A stretch of DNA of 24,082 nt from a virus (IMGVR_UViG_3300049191_000085:1-24082); one strand, 5' to 3'. Positions 1 through 8,301 are shown, counted from the first letter of the stretch. Notes: generated by a model from the letters alone, not told the origin. Numbers and translations are program-made.

Positions 1-1175
1 GTCGGGCCGTCGAAGGCGACGAAGAGGCGGCCGGTGACGAAGCTGCCCAGGCTGCCGCCCAGCGCCGAGAACACGACGATGAGGCCGGTCATGGCGGCGT
101 GCCGGCGCTGCGGCAGCGCACTGAGCATGGCCGAGTTGATGGCCGGATAGATGGGCGCCAGCATCAGGCCGGTCAGCGGCAGCAGATAGGCGGCCGGCGG
201 GGCGTTGAGCCAGCCCGCGTCGGCGTCCAGCGGCGCGACCTGGCGCGACAGCGGCAGCGTCACGACGATGAGGGCCGCGATGCCCACGAGGCAGGCCATG
301 ACGACAGCGAACCAGCCCAGCCGGCCGATGACGGCCGCACTGGCCAGGCGCCCCAGCGCGGTGGTCGCCGGCATGATGACGGCCAGGCCCACGCTCATGG
401 CCGTGGGCAGGTGCAGCACCTCGTTGTTGAAGCTGGGCAGCCAGGTGGAGATGCCCTGCTCGATCAGCACGTAGAGGAAGGCGGACAGCAGGAAGACAAC
501 GACGAGGGCCATCTTGAGCAGCGGCGCCATGGCCAGCAGATCCTCGCGCACGGTGGTGCCGGGGGACTGGATGGGGCCTTCGTCGAGAGGGCTGGCGAGC
601 AGCAGCAGGAAGGCGGCGGCGGCGATGGCGGCCAGCAGCGGATAGACCTGCAGCCAGCCGCTGCCTTCGGCCTGCGCGGCGCGGCTGAACAGCAGGAAGC
701 CGCCCAGCACGCCCACCATGAACAGACCTTCCAGCAGGTTGGTGAAGCGCGCGTGGCCGGCCTTGTCGTGGGTGACCAGGCCGATCATGGAATAGGCGCT
801 GACCTTCACGAGCGCGAAGCCGGCGCCGAGCGTGGCGAAGAGGAGCTTGATGGCCCAGAAGGCCTGCAGCGTCGGCATCGCGAGGCAGGCGAGGGCGACG
901 GCGGCGAGGGCGAGCAGCATCGACTTCTTGAGGCCGAGTCTCGGGAGAAGAGATGCCACCAGGAAGGACGTGAGGGCAATGGGGAGGTCCTTCCATGCGT
1001 CGAGCAGGGCGGCATCGGCGCGGGCGACGCCGAGGGTCTGGACGACGAGCAGGTTCACCGCACCGACGCTGTTGAGCAGGGCGCCGAACAGCATGTAGGT
1101 GAGGATGATGGCGAGCTTGATGCGCAGGGGCCCGGCGGTCGCGGCCGTGGGCGTGGAGTCGGGTTGTGGGGTCAT
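1..1175 (-). CDS. MFS sugar permease (fucose/glucose-galactose permease-like), 3' end runs off the window
   Basis: Not in the ORF track; translated by hand from ATG at 1175: MTPQPDSTPTAATAGPLRIKLAIILTYMLFGALLNSVGAVNLLVV...KDLPIALTSFLVASLLPRLG...FLYVLIEQGISTWLPSF...APIYPAINS...VFSALGGSLGSFVTG. Many hydrophobic helices, SD-like AGGAATAGG upstream, open to the window edge. Confidence 0.9.
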   Translation of the reverse strand, partial: MTPQPDSTPTAATAGPLRIKLAIILTYMLFGALLNSVGAVNLLVVQTLGVARADAALLDAWKDLPIALTSFLVASLLPRLGLKKSMLLALAAVALACLAMPTLQAFWAIKLLFATLGAGFALVKVSAYSMIGLVTHDKAGHARFTNLLEGLFMVGVLGGFLLFSRAAQAEGSGWLQVYPLLAAIAAAAFLLLLASPLDEGPIQSPGTTVREDLLAMAPLLKMALVVVFLLSAFLYVLIEQGISTWLPSFNNEVLHLPTAMSVGLAVIMPATTALGRLASAAVIGRLGWFAVVMACLVGIAALIVVTLPLSRQVAPLDADAGWLNAPPAAYLLPLTGLMLAPIYPAINSAMLSALPQRRHAAMTGLIVVFSALGGSLGSFVTGRLFVAFDGP

Positions 1176-1188
1176 ACGGCCTATTCCT

Positions 1189-1850
1189 GGGAAGCGCCTC
1201 GGTGCGCTTGCTTTGTGCCGAGTGTGGTGCCGGGAGTCCGCCCCGGCGGGCGGGTAACTTTCTTCTGTCTTGCCAGAAGAAAGTCACCAAAGAAGAGGCG
1301 CTGAACCGCACCCGAGCACGACGCCGCCATCAATGTCGCGCGAAAACGCCCTGCCCCATCTCGCCACGACGCGACCCGCTGCGCTCTCGCGGCTGTCCCT
1401 GTGACGAGCCCCATCCATCGCAGCTTCACGCCGCTTGACGCCGGCTGCACGCCGGGCTCACCAGGAAATGCGAAAGCCGCGTCGCTGGGGCGACGCCCCG
1501 GTGGCTGCTGCGCCCGGGTCGCGGCGCCCGAGCGCCGCTGTGTTGGGCTGTTCTGATGAGCACGGCGTGCAGCCGCGCGTCGGACGGGCAGGCGGTGCGA
1601 TGGATGGTGATCGCGACAAGTCGGACGCGAGAGCGAAGCGGCTCGCATCTGCGCGACAGCAGGTTGGCCGTTGCACGGCGTGGCTTGTGCATGTAGTGCT
1701 GGATTGCGGTTCAGGGCCTTTTCTTTGGTGACTTTCTTTTTGCCCCGCAAAAGAAAACCGAAGGTTTCGGCGAAGCCAAAGTTACCCCGCCGCCGGGCGG
1801 GACTCCCGGCACCACAATCGGCACCACGCAAGCGCAGTGAGCAGCGTCCC
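1189..1850. repeat. Long imperfect palindrome (REP/REPIN- or MITE-like fold-back element)
   Basis: Collinear inverted arms: 1203-1310 vs 1705-1836; 1371-1391 vs 1626-1646 (19/21); CCATCCATCGCA 1411-1422 vs TGCGATGGATGG 1596-1607; 1437-1466 vs 1551-1581. Each arm has an ACTTTCTT..AAGAAA(GT) sub-hairpin. Confidence 0.85.
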
Positions 1851-1893
1851 GCCCGTGGCGGCGTAGCGGAACGCATCAAGTCGCTCACAGCAA

Positions 1894-4422
1894 TCAGAAC
1901 TGGAAGCCCACCGACAACTCGTAAGCCCGCCCGAACAACGGCCGCGCCAGGAACACCCCGTCCTGCCCCACCCCCTGCCCCGGCACCCGGAAGTTGCCCT
2001 CCGTCAGCCCGATCTTGTTGGTCAGGTTGGTGCCGGTCAGCCGCACCTCCAGGCCGTTGTCCATCGAGAACACCGCGCCGGCGTCCACCGTGCGGTAGGC
2101 CGGCAGCTTCAGCGTGTTGGTCTGGTCGGCAAAGCGCTCGCCGACATGGCTCAGCGTCGCGAAGGCGCGCAGCTGGCCCATGCCGAGCTGCGTCTGCCAG
2201 CTGGGCGTCAGGCGGGCCTGGAACTTGGGCGCGCGCTCGACCCGGTTGCCGCTGTACTGCTGGAAGTCGCGGTACTTGGCATCCTGCAGGTTGCCCGTCG
2301 CCGCGATCTCGAAACCGGCGCCAGGGCGCAGCGCCAGCTCGAACTCCACGCCGGTGGCCTTGCTGCTGGGCCGCAGCACCACGTTGCCGGCGTTGGTGAA
2401 CTGCTGGGTCTGCGAGTTGGTGAGCCGGTTCTGGTAGGCCGTCAGGAAGGCGCTGTAGAGCTTCGTGGAGGTCTTCAGGCCGATCTCGAACTGCGTGATG
2501 TCCTCCACCGAGTCCTTGCTTTCGTTGGCGCCGCGGCCGCGCAGCACGTCGAAGTCGGGCAGGCGGTGGCCCTTGTTGGCGCGCACGAAGGCGCTGAACT
2601 CGCGGCTGAAGGCGTAGTTGGCGCCAGCCGTGAAGCTGTTGCGGCTGAGCTTGCTGTCGATCAGCGTGTTCGTGCCGTTGAAGTACGACAGCGCGTTGTT
2701 GTGGAGCGTCGTCGGGTCGGCATCCAGGTCGCCCGCGCTGACGTTGGCAATCGTGCCGGTGATGCGCTGGGTCTCGCGCCGCGCGCCCAGGTCGACGCGC
2801 AGGGCCGGGGTCAGCTGCCATTCGTCGGCAATGAAGAAGGCACGGGTGTTGCCGCTGTAGCTCGCGTCGAGGTTGAAGGAGAAGGGCGGCGGCACGAAGC
2901 CGTTGCGCGAGACCTTCACGCCGTTGTCGAGCTGCACGTCAACGAGGCGGGCGTGAGGCTGCACCGTCATCAGCTGCGCCTGGCCCAGCGTCCAGACGTC
3001 GTGCGAGCTGTAGCTGGCCAGGTAGAGGCCCACGGTCAGGTTGTGGCCCGGGGCGATCTCGCGGGACAGCCGCGTCTCATTGCTGGTGGAGCGCAGCGCC
3101 TTGTCCACCGCCCACATGCCGTTGACGATGACCGGCGTGCTGCCCGCCACCGTGCCGCCACCGTTGGCGTAGGTGGCGGTGCCGGCCGTGGCAGCGCGGC
3201 CGGCGGCGGCGACCACGGCCGCGTCGGCATTCGCGGCGCTCACCTGCGACGCGATGTAGCTGGACAGCGTCTGGGGATTGGCGCCCGAGAACAGGGCGTA
3301 GGTGGGGGTGTCGCCGGTCGTGTGGCTGAGCTTGTTCGTCAGCGTCCAGTCGCCCAGCTTGGTGTCGAGGTTGGCGCCATAGGTCTGCACGTCCGCGCCG
3401 CGACCGTCGGCCAGGTCCTTGGTCACCATGTTGCGCAGGATCTCGGGCCGGCCGTTGGGCAGCGTGCGCCCGGTGGCGCGGCCGGTCTCCAGCACGATGT
3501 TGCGCAGCTCGTTGCCGTAGAAGTAGTCCTTCAGCGCGTTGAAGCCGGGATAGCTGGACACGCTCTTGCCGTCGGCGCCGCCCACCACCGGGATGGCCGT
3601 GAAGAAGGCGTTGCGGTCGCGCAGTGCGCGGGCATAGAGCTGCAGGCTGCCGGTGTCCAACTTGCGGGTCAGCACCAGGCTGGCCTGCCCGCCTTCGTCG
3701 GCGGGGAACTGGGTGTCGCGCAAGCCCTGGCTCTGGCGCCAGAAGCCGCCCACCATCAGGTTCCACTGATCCGCCAGCTTGCCGGCGTAGACGCCATCCA
3801 CGCGCTTGAGGCTGCCGGTGCCGGTGGTGACCCGCAGGCTGGCCTCGGGGTTGCGCCCATCCTTCTGGATGAAGTTCACCGTCACGCCGGGCTGGCCGCT
3901 GCCGAACACCGGGCTGGGGCCGCCGCGCAGCACTTCCATGCGGTCGATGGTGTCGTCCAGGCGGAACAGCTGCGAGTGCTCGAAGAAGCTCAGCGTGGGC
4001 AGGTGGTAGAGCGGTGCACCGTTGAGCTGGAAGGTGGAGTAAGGGCCGTCGCCCGGGGTCGGGAAGCCGCGCACGCGGATGTTGGCGCCCGCCTGGCCGC
4101 CGGAGGTCTCGACGAAGATGCCCGGCACGGTCTTGAGCAGGTCGGCCGTGCTGGCGGGCGCGGCCTGCTTGATCTGCTCCTCGGTGGCGGTGGTGATGGA
4201 GAAACCGGCTTCCAGTTTGCGCACACCCTCGCGGCGGGCGGTGCCGGTGACGACCACGGCCTCCAGTTCCTGTGTCGCGGGCGACGGCTTCTCGGCTGCA
4301 GCCGCAGCGGCGATGGGGGCCTGGGCGAGCGTCGCGCCGCATGCAGTGGCGGCGGCGAAGGCGAGCAACTGGGGGCGCAGGAAGCGGACGCTGAGGCGCC
4401 GCGGGGCTTGCGGGTGGGTCAT
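1894..4422 (-). CDS. TonB-dependent outer-membrane receptor (842 aa), probably for a sugar
   Basis: True start ATG 4422 with GGAGA SD. Signal peptide, TonB-box-like EAVVVTG, plug motifs (NIRVRG, RMEVLRGGPSPVFG), C-terminal YELSVGFQF. The upstream extension in the ORF track overlaps pckG and is spurious. Confidence 0.93.
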   Translation of the reverse strand: MTHPQAPRRLSVRFLRPQLLAFAAATACGATLAQAPIAAAAAAEKPSPATQELEAVVVTGTARREGVRKLEAGFSITTATEEQIKQAAPASTADLLKTVPGIFVETSGGQAGANIRVRGFPTPGDGPYSTFQLNGAPLYHLPTLSFFEHSQLFRLDDTIDRMEVLRGGPSPVFGSGQPGVTVNFIQKDGRNPEASLRVTTGTGSLKRVDGVYAGKLADQWNLMVGGFWRQSQGLRDTQFPADEGGQASLVLTRKLDTGSLQLYARALRDRNAFFTAIPVVGGADGKSVSSYPGFNALKDYFYGNELRNIVLETGRATGRTLPNGRPEILRNMVTKDLADGRGADVQTYGANLDTKLGDWTLTNKLSHTTGDTPTYALFSGANPQTLSSYIASQVSAANADAAVVAAAGRAATAGTATYANGGGTVAGSTPVIVNGMWAVDKALRSTSNETRLSREIAPGHNLTVGLYLASYSSHDVWTLGQAQLMTVQPHARLVDVQLDNGVKVSRNGFVPPPFSFNLDASYSGNTRAFFIADEWQLTPALRVDLGARRETQRITGTIANVSAGDLDADPTTLHNNALSYFNGTNTLIDSKLSRNSFTAGANYAFSREFSAFVRANKGHRLPDFDVLRGRGANESKDSVEDITQFEIGLKTSTKLYSAFLTAYQNRLTNSQTQQFTNAGNVVLRPSSKATGVEFELALRPGAGFEIAATGNLQDAKYRDFQQYSGNRVERAPKFQARLTPSWQTQLGMGQLRAFATLSHVGERFADQTNTLKLPAYRTVDAGAVFSMDNGLEVRLTGTNLTNKIGLTEGNFRVPGQGVGQDGVFLARPLFGRAYELSVGFQF

Positions 4423-4500
4423 GGGTGTCTCCGGGTGGTTGTTGTGCGACCCGACAGACGCGCGGCCGTCACGACTGTCGATGAGTCGAACTTTGCGGCC

Positions 4501-4520
4501 AAATGTTATCGATGTCATTT
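4501..4520. promoter_or_regulatory. Putative LacI-family operator 1
   Basis: AAATGTTATCGATGTCATTT is an imperfect palindrome centred on CG, upstream of the TonB receptor. Confidence 0.65.
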
Positions 4521-4544
4521 GGGTAAACACCAGTGTGGCGGATG

Positions 4545-4562
4545 AATGACATCGATGGCAAA
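4545..4562. promoter_or_regulatory. Putative LacI-family operator 2
   Basis: AATGACATCGATGGCAAA; its first 12 nt are the exact reverse complement of 4508-4519. Confidence 0.6.
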
Positions 4563-4626
4563 CGTGCGCGATCCGAACGTCTCGACACGCCCCGCGTGAT
4601 GCTGGCCCTGCCACGCGGGCCGCGCG

Positions 4627-4656
4627 ATGAAGAACGGGCGCCTCGTGGGCGCCCGT
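4627..4656 (-). terminator. Probable intrinsic terminator of pckG
   Basis: 9-bp stem ACGGGCGCC/GGCGCCCGT (4634-4656) followed on the minus strand by TCTTCAT, ~30 nt after the pckG stop. The U-tract is weak. Confidence 0.55.
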
Positions 4657-4685
4657 CGGTTGGGGAGTGACGCGGTCGGCGTCGC

Positions 4686-5588
4686 TCAGCCCTGCTCGGC
4701 CAGGCGGGCCTCGATGGCCGCCCGGGTCTGTTGCAACTCGTCGGGAACGCGCGCGCCCAGCTGCGCGAACAGCTCGGCGTGCAGCTTCATCTCGGCCTGC
4801 CACTCGGCGGCGTCGATGCGGGTGACCGCCTCGAACTGCTCGGGGCCGAAGTCCAGCCCTTGCCAGTTCAGGTCGTCGTAACCGGGCGTCACGCCGAACA
4901 CATGGTCCTCCCCACCGCCTTGGCCGTCGATGCGGTCCAGCATCCACTTCAGCACGCGCATGTTCTCGCCGTAGCCCGGCCAGACGAACTTGCCGTCGGC
5001 GCCCTTGCGGAACCAGTTGACGCAATAGATGGCTGGCAGCTTGGCTCCACTGGCTTGCAGCCTGGCGCCCAGGTCCAGCCAGTGGCGGAAGTAGTCCGCC
5101 ATGTTGTAGCCCATGAAGGGCAGCATCGCGAACGGATCGCGGCGCACCACGCCTTGCTGGCCGGCGGCAGCGGCAGTGGTCTCGCTGCCCATGGTGGCGG
5201 CCATGTACACGCCTTCCACCCAGTTGCGCGCCTCGCTCACCAGCGGCACGGTGGTGGAGCGGCGGCCGCCGAAGATGAACGCGTCGATGGGCACGCCGGC
5301 CGGGTTGTCCCAGTTCGGGTCCAGCGCGGGATTGTTGGTGGCGGCCACGGTGAAGCGCGCATTCGGATGCGCGGCCTTGGCACCGGTGGCCTTGGCGATC
5401 TCCCGCGTCCAGTCCTTGCCTTGCCAGTCGATGCAGTGGGCCGGCGGCGTGTCGGTCATGCCTTCCCACCAGACGTCGCCGTCATCGGTCAATGCCACGT
5501 TGGTGAAGATCACGTCACGCTGCAGGCTGGCCATGCAGTTGGGGTTGGTGTGGGCGTTGGTGCCGGGTGCCACGCCGAAATAACCGGC
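4686..5588 (-). pseudogene. pckG: 3' half of GTP-dependent phosphoenolpyruvate carboxykinase, interrupted by the prophage
   Basis: [11 protein letters not shown]...[16 protein letters not shown]...HPNARF...FGGRR...[13 protein letters not shown]...[26 protein letters not shown]. Similarity stops after Ala-Gly-Tyr-Phe at 5588 where NPE is expected; an in-frame stop follows at 5607-5609. Confidence 0.92.
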
Positions 5589-5645
5589 TGAAGCGCGCCG
5601 CGATATTCAGCGCCCCTGAAGCGCGATAAACGGCTGGCTGTCGCA
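5589..5645 (+). repeat. Prophage right end with putative transposase-binding boxes
   Basis: Starts TGAAGCG. Boxes CGCGATATTCAGC (5599-5611) and CGCGATAAACGGC (5622-5634), 23 bp apart. Possible inverted third box at 5633-5645. Confidence 0.75.
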
Positions 5646-5710
5646 CTTGCTCCAGGCGAAAAGGAATTGCGCCCAATGTAACGCTGGGTGGCTAGCGCCC
5701 ATCGCCCCAG

Positions 5711-5932
5711 TCAGACCGTGATGGCCACGATGGGCAGGTCGGGGGCCTCGCCCTCAGTCACGCCGTCGCGGCAAAAAACCTTCTGGCCCACGGTGGCCTG
5801 CCCGCGCGCCTGAACGCGTCCGCCACCCGGGATCTCGATGGTGGCCACACCACCGTCCACGGCGATGACTTCGCCCACCAGCAGCGGTGGGTTGGGCAGC
5901 AGGTGGCGGAACTGGGCGTAGAGGTTAGACAC
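5711..5932 (-). CDS. Small tail-tip protein (73 aa, possibly OB-fold-like)
   Basis: LVGEVIAVDGGVATIEIPGGGRVQARGQATVGQKVF beta pattern; overlaps the upstream gene's end; last gene before the phage end. Confidence 0.7.
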   Translation of the reverse strand: MSNLYAQFRHLLPNPPLLVGEVIAVDGGVATIEIPGGGRVQARGQATVGQKVFCRDGVTEGEAPDLPIVAITV

Positions 5933-7892
5933 GGGTCTCGACTCCTATGGTTTGCCAGACGTTGGGGAACGCCGCCTGGACGCTAACCGAGCGCACCAGG
6001 CCACGCACGGCGCCCGCCTCGTCCGTGTAGTCCACGAAGGCGCCCGGCAGCACGATGCCGGTTTCGGCCAGGACCGGCAGCCCCAGCCCGACCTCGATCT
6101 GCCGCCCGCCCCGGCTCAGCTCTGCGCGTCCACGCTGGCGAACCGCAGCCACGGCCGTCATCAGCGGGTCCACGACCAAGGGCGCCACCAGGTCGCCGGC
6201 AGTTCCCTCGCGTGTGACCTGGCCGAGCAGACCCTGACCCTGGCCCTGCACGAAGACCCGGTTATACGCCGGCCGAAACGTCCAGTCCCTCGACTCGCGC
6301 ATGGCCACGTCGGCCGGCAGCACCAGATCCGGGGTCGCGTCAGGCCACTGCCAGGGCGCCAGCGGGTAGCTGTGCAGCACCTTGAAGCTCCTCGCGCTGG
6401 CATGCGGGAGCAGGTAGCCGCCGGCCGCCTGGGCGATGGCGTTCAGCGCGCTGATGTAGTTGCCGTAGTGGCTCCAGGCGCCAGCAGGCACCAACCAGTC
6501 CTCCAGTTGCCAGTCCACGGTCCAGTCCAGCGGCACGCCGTTCAGCGTGAGCACGTCGGCCATGAGCTGCTGCGCATTGCGGTCGATGGCGTTGGCAAAG
6601 CTCAACTGCGGTGCGTAGTCCTCACCGAGCAAGGCGATCAAACCCCGCCCCTGCACACGCATCGAATCGCTGCGGAAGGCGCGGTCTCGCCCCACGCGCT
6701 CCGCCAGCAGGCGGAACTGCATGCCGTTGACCTCAGCCAGCAGCTCGACCGGTCCCTCCTCCGTGGGGCCGACCAGGGCAAGCATGCTTGCCGGAACTGC
6801 TGCCGAGAAGCCCCACACCCAGCTGCGGTAGTCGAGCTGCAGCGTCAAGGAATCCGTCTTGACCGGAGCGCCGTCGCTGACCCTAATCAGGCTGACAGAG
6901 TTGCTGACCATGTAAACCCTCCTGATGGGCACGACGACGGTGGTCGGCGGCCCGACGCTCTTCTTGCATACGAAAAACAGGTTCGGCGCCCCATCCCACC
7001 GCGTGTCGAACAGCAGCTCGACCGCCAGGCCGGCGGGCGGGGTGTAGCAGGGCTCGCCGACCGGCGGCTCGGGCGGCACAACGTTCGTGCGGCCAGGGGG
7101 CGGCAGTCGGCCCTCTTGCCACGGGGAGGTCATGCCCAGCCACGCAGCCGTGCCCTGACCAGCTCCGCTGCGGAGTACTTGCGACCGGCGCGTGCCATCG
7201 CTCCACGGCGCTGTGTGCTGCGGCCGACTGGTACGCGTCATCTCCTGCCACGGCTGGTTGACTGGCAGACCTGGGCGTCGTGTGCCCTCTTGCCATTGGC
7301 TGTTGGAGATGGGCCGCTTGCGGCGGTCCATCTCCTGCCAGTGGTCGGCTGTAGGTGCGCCAGCCCGTCGCGCTCCCTCCTGCCACGAGGCTCCACGCAG
7401 CGGGCGGGCCGTGCGACTGCCTGGCTGCCAGTGGTCGGCTGTGGGTGCGCCAGGTCGCCGCGCAGCCAGCTGCCACGGGGCTTCCGTCTGCACTGGCATC
7501 GGCGCAGCCTGCTGGAACCGGCAGTCCGCGCTGCCCAGCAGCGGCTCAGCCTTCTGCCATGGGGCGTCGACCGATGCCCTGAGGCCGCGAGACACGGCGT
7601 TGTCGAACGCCAGCACCATGGACAGCCACGGCGGCACGAGCGTGATGTCGAACTCGGTCGTGGTCTCGTCGCGCAGTTCAAACGCCGCTGTGACCGGTAG
7701 CGTGATGGCGAACTCGATGGTCGTATCGACCATCGGGGGCACATACCCCTCGCGGAAGATCAGATCGACCGGGTGGCTCGTGTCGAGCCGCCGCGTGAAG
7801 ATCAGGTTTGTCGCCGGCACCGAGCGGGTGCCGAACTCCAGGTCTACCGGATGCTCGGTGTCGAGCCGGCGCCGGAACAGCAGGTCGACCAT
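5925..7892 (-). CDS. Tail-tip/hub-like protein (655 aa) with N-terminal repeats
   Basis: ORF in the tail operon. C-terminal half reads like a hub protein (YNRVFVQG, GIVLPGAFV, VRSVSV, WQTIGVE); N-terminal half has Trp-spaced repeats. Confidence 0.72.
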   Translation of the reverse strand: MVDLLFRRRLDTEHPVDLEFGTRSVPATNLIFTRRLDTSHPVDLIFREGYVPPMVDTTIEFAITLPVTAAFELRDETTTEFDITLVPPWLSMVLAFDNAVSRGLRASVDAPWQKAEPLLGSADCRFQQAAPMPVQTEAPWQLAARRPGAPTADHWQPGSRTARPLRGASWQEGARRAGAPTADHWQEMDRRKRPISNSQWQEGTRRPGLPVNQPWQEMTRTSRPQHTAPWSDGTRRSQVLRSGAGQGTAAWLGMTSPWQEGRLPPPGRTNVVPPEPPVGEPCYTPPAGLAVELLFDTRWDGAPNLFFVCKKSVGPPTTVVVPIRRVYMVSNSVSLIRVSDGAPVKTDSLTLQLDYRSWVWGFSAAVPASMLALVGPTEEGPVELLAEVNGMQFRLLAERVGRDRAFRSDSMRVQGRGLIALLGEDYAPQLSFANAIDRNAQQLMADVLTLNGVPLDWTVDWQLEDWLVPAGAWSHYGNYISALNAIAQAAGGYLLPHASARSFKVLHSYPLAPWQWPDATPDLVLPADVAMRESRDWTFRPAYNRVFVQGQGQGLLGQVTREGTAGDLVAPLVVDPLMTAVAAVRQRGRAELSRGGRQIEVGLGLPVLAETGIVLPGAFVDYTDEAGAVRGLVRSVSVQAAFPNVWQTIGVETRV

Positions 7893-7896
7893 GCGC

Positions 7897-8301
7897 TCAC
7901 AGCCCGATCACACCGGAGGCCAGGCGCACGAACGAGCCGGTGTAGCCACTGGCGTTGCCGATGCGGATGTCGGCAGCGCCGGGGGCGCCGGTCGGCAGCA
8001 CGCTCGCATCGGCCACGAACTCGCCGTCCCCATCCACAAACCGACCCCAGCCGATGGACTGGCTGTCAATGCGCTGGCCCTCAACGTCAGCTACGAACGT
8101 AGCCACCCCGGCCGACACCGTGGCACAGGGCTTTGCCAGGGTGATGGTGGCCTGCAGATCATCCGTTGTGGCCTCACCCTCGGTGGACGGCTGCGAGCCC
8201 GTGTAGAGCCGCAGCGCGCCGGGGGCGGCCTTCGCGTCGAGCGCATCCACCAGGGCCTGCAGCATCGACGTGCGGACGGTGACGCTGATCTTGAAGGTCA
8301 T
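7897..8301 (-). CDS. Phage tail structural protein (134 aa)
   Basis: LRLYTGSQP...ATITLAKP...GWGRFVDGDG pattern common in small tail proteins; ATGA overlap with the upstream gene. Confidence 0.7.
   Translation of the reverse strand: MTFKISVTVRTSMLQALVDALDAKAAPGALRLYTGSQPSTEGEATTDDLQATITLAKPCATVSAGVATFVADVEGQRIDSQSIGWGRFVDGDGEFVADASVLPTGAPGAADIRIGNASGYTGSFVRLASGVIGL

Noticed and set aside
1189-1850. CRISPR array or autonomous IS
   Set aside because: Repeats are inverted rather than regularly spaced direct repeats; no transposase ORF.
99-4545. Long plus-strand ORFs (99-1304, 2146-4545) and minus ORF 1181-2821
   Set aside because: Antisense or alternate-frame shadows of GC-rich genes; low-complexity Arg/Gly/Ala translations.
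4423-5469. N-terminal 349-aa extension of the 1191-aa ORF
   Set aside because: Off-frame overlap with pckG and intergenic DNA; the real receptor start with SD and signal peptide is at 4422.
5571-5660. Possible rescue of pckG by a phage-derived start (GGAG..GTG near 5646, or GTG 5573)
   Set aside because: The GTG near 5646 is out of frame, an in-frame stop lies at 5607-5609, and the fragment lacks catalytic motifs.
5771-5782. T6 run (GTT TTT TGC) in the 73-aa gene as a frameshift or phase-variation site
   Set aside because: Short run; the ORF is intact and there is no useful alternative frame before the phage end.
7335-7453. Near-identical repeat pair as a DGR template/variable repeat
   Set aside because: Only 29 bp, in-frame tandem coding repeat; no reverse transcriptase in the window.
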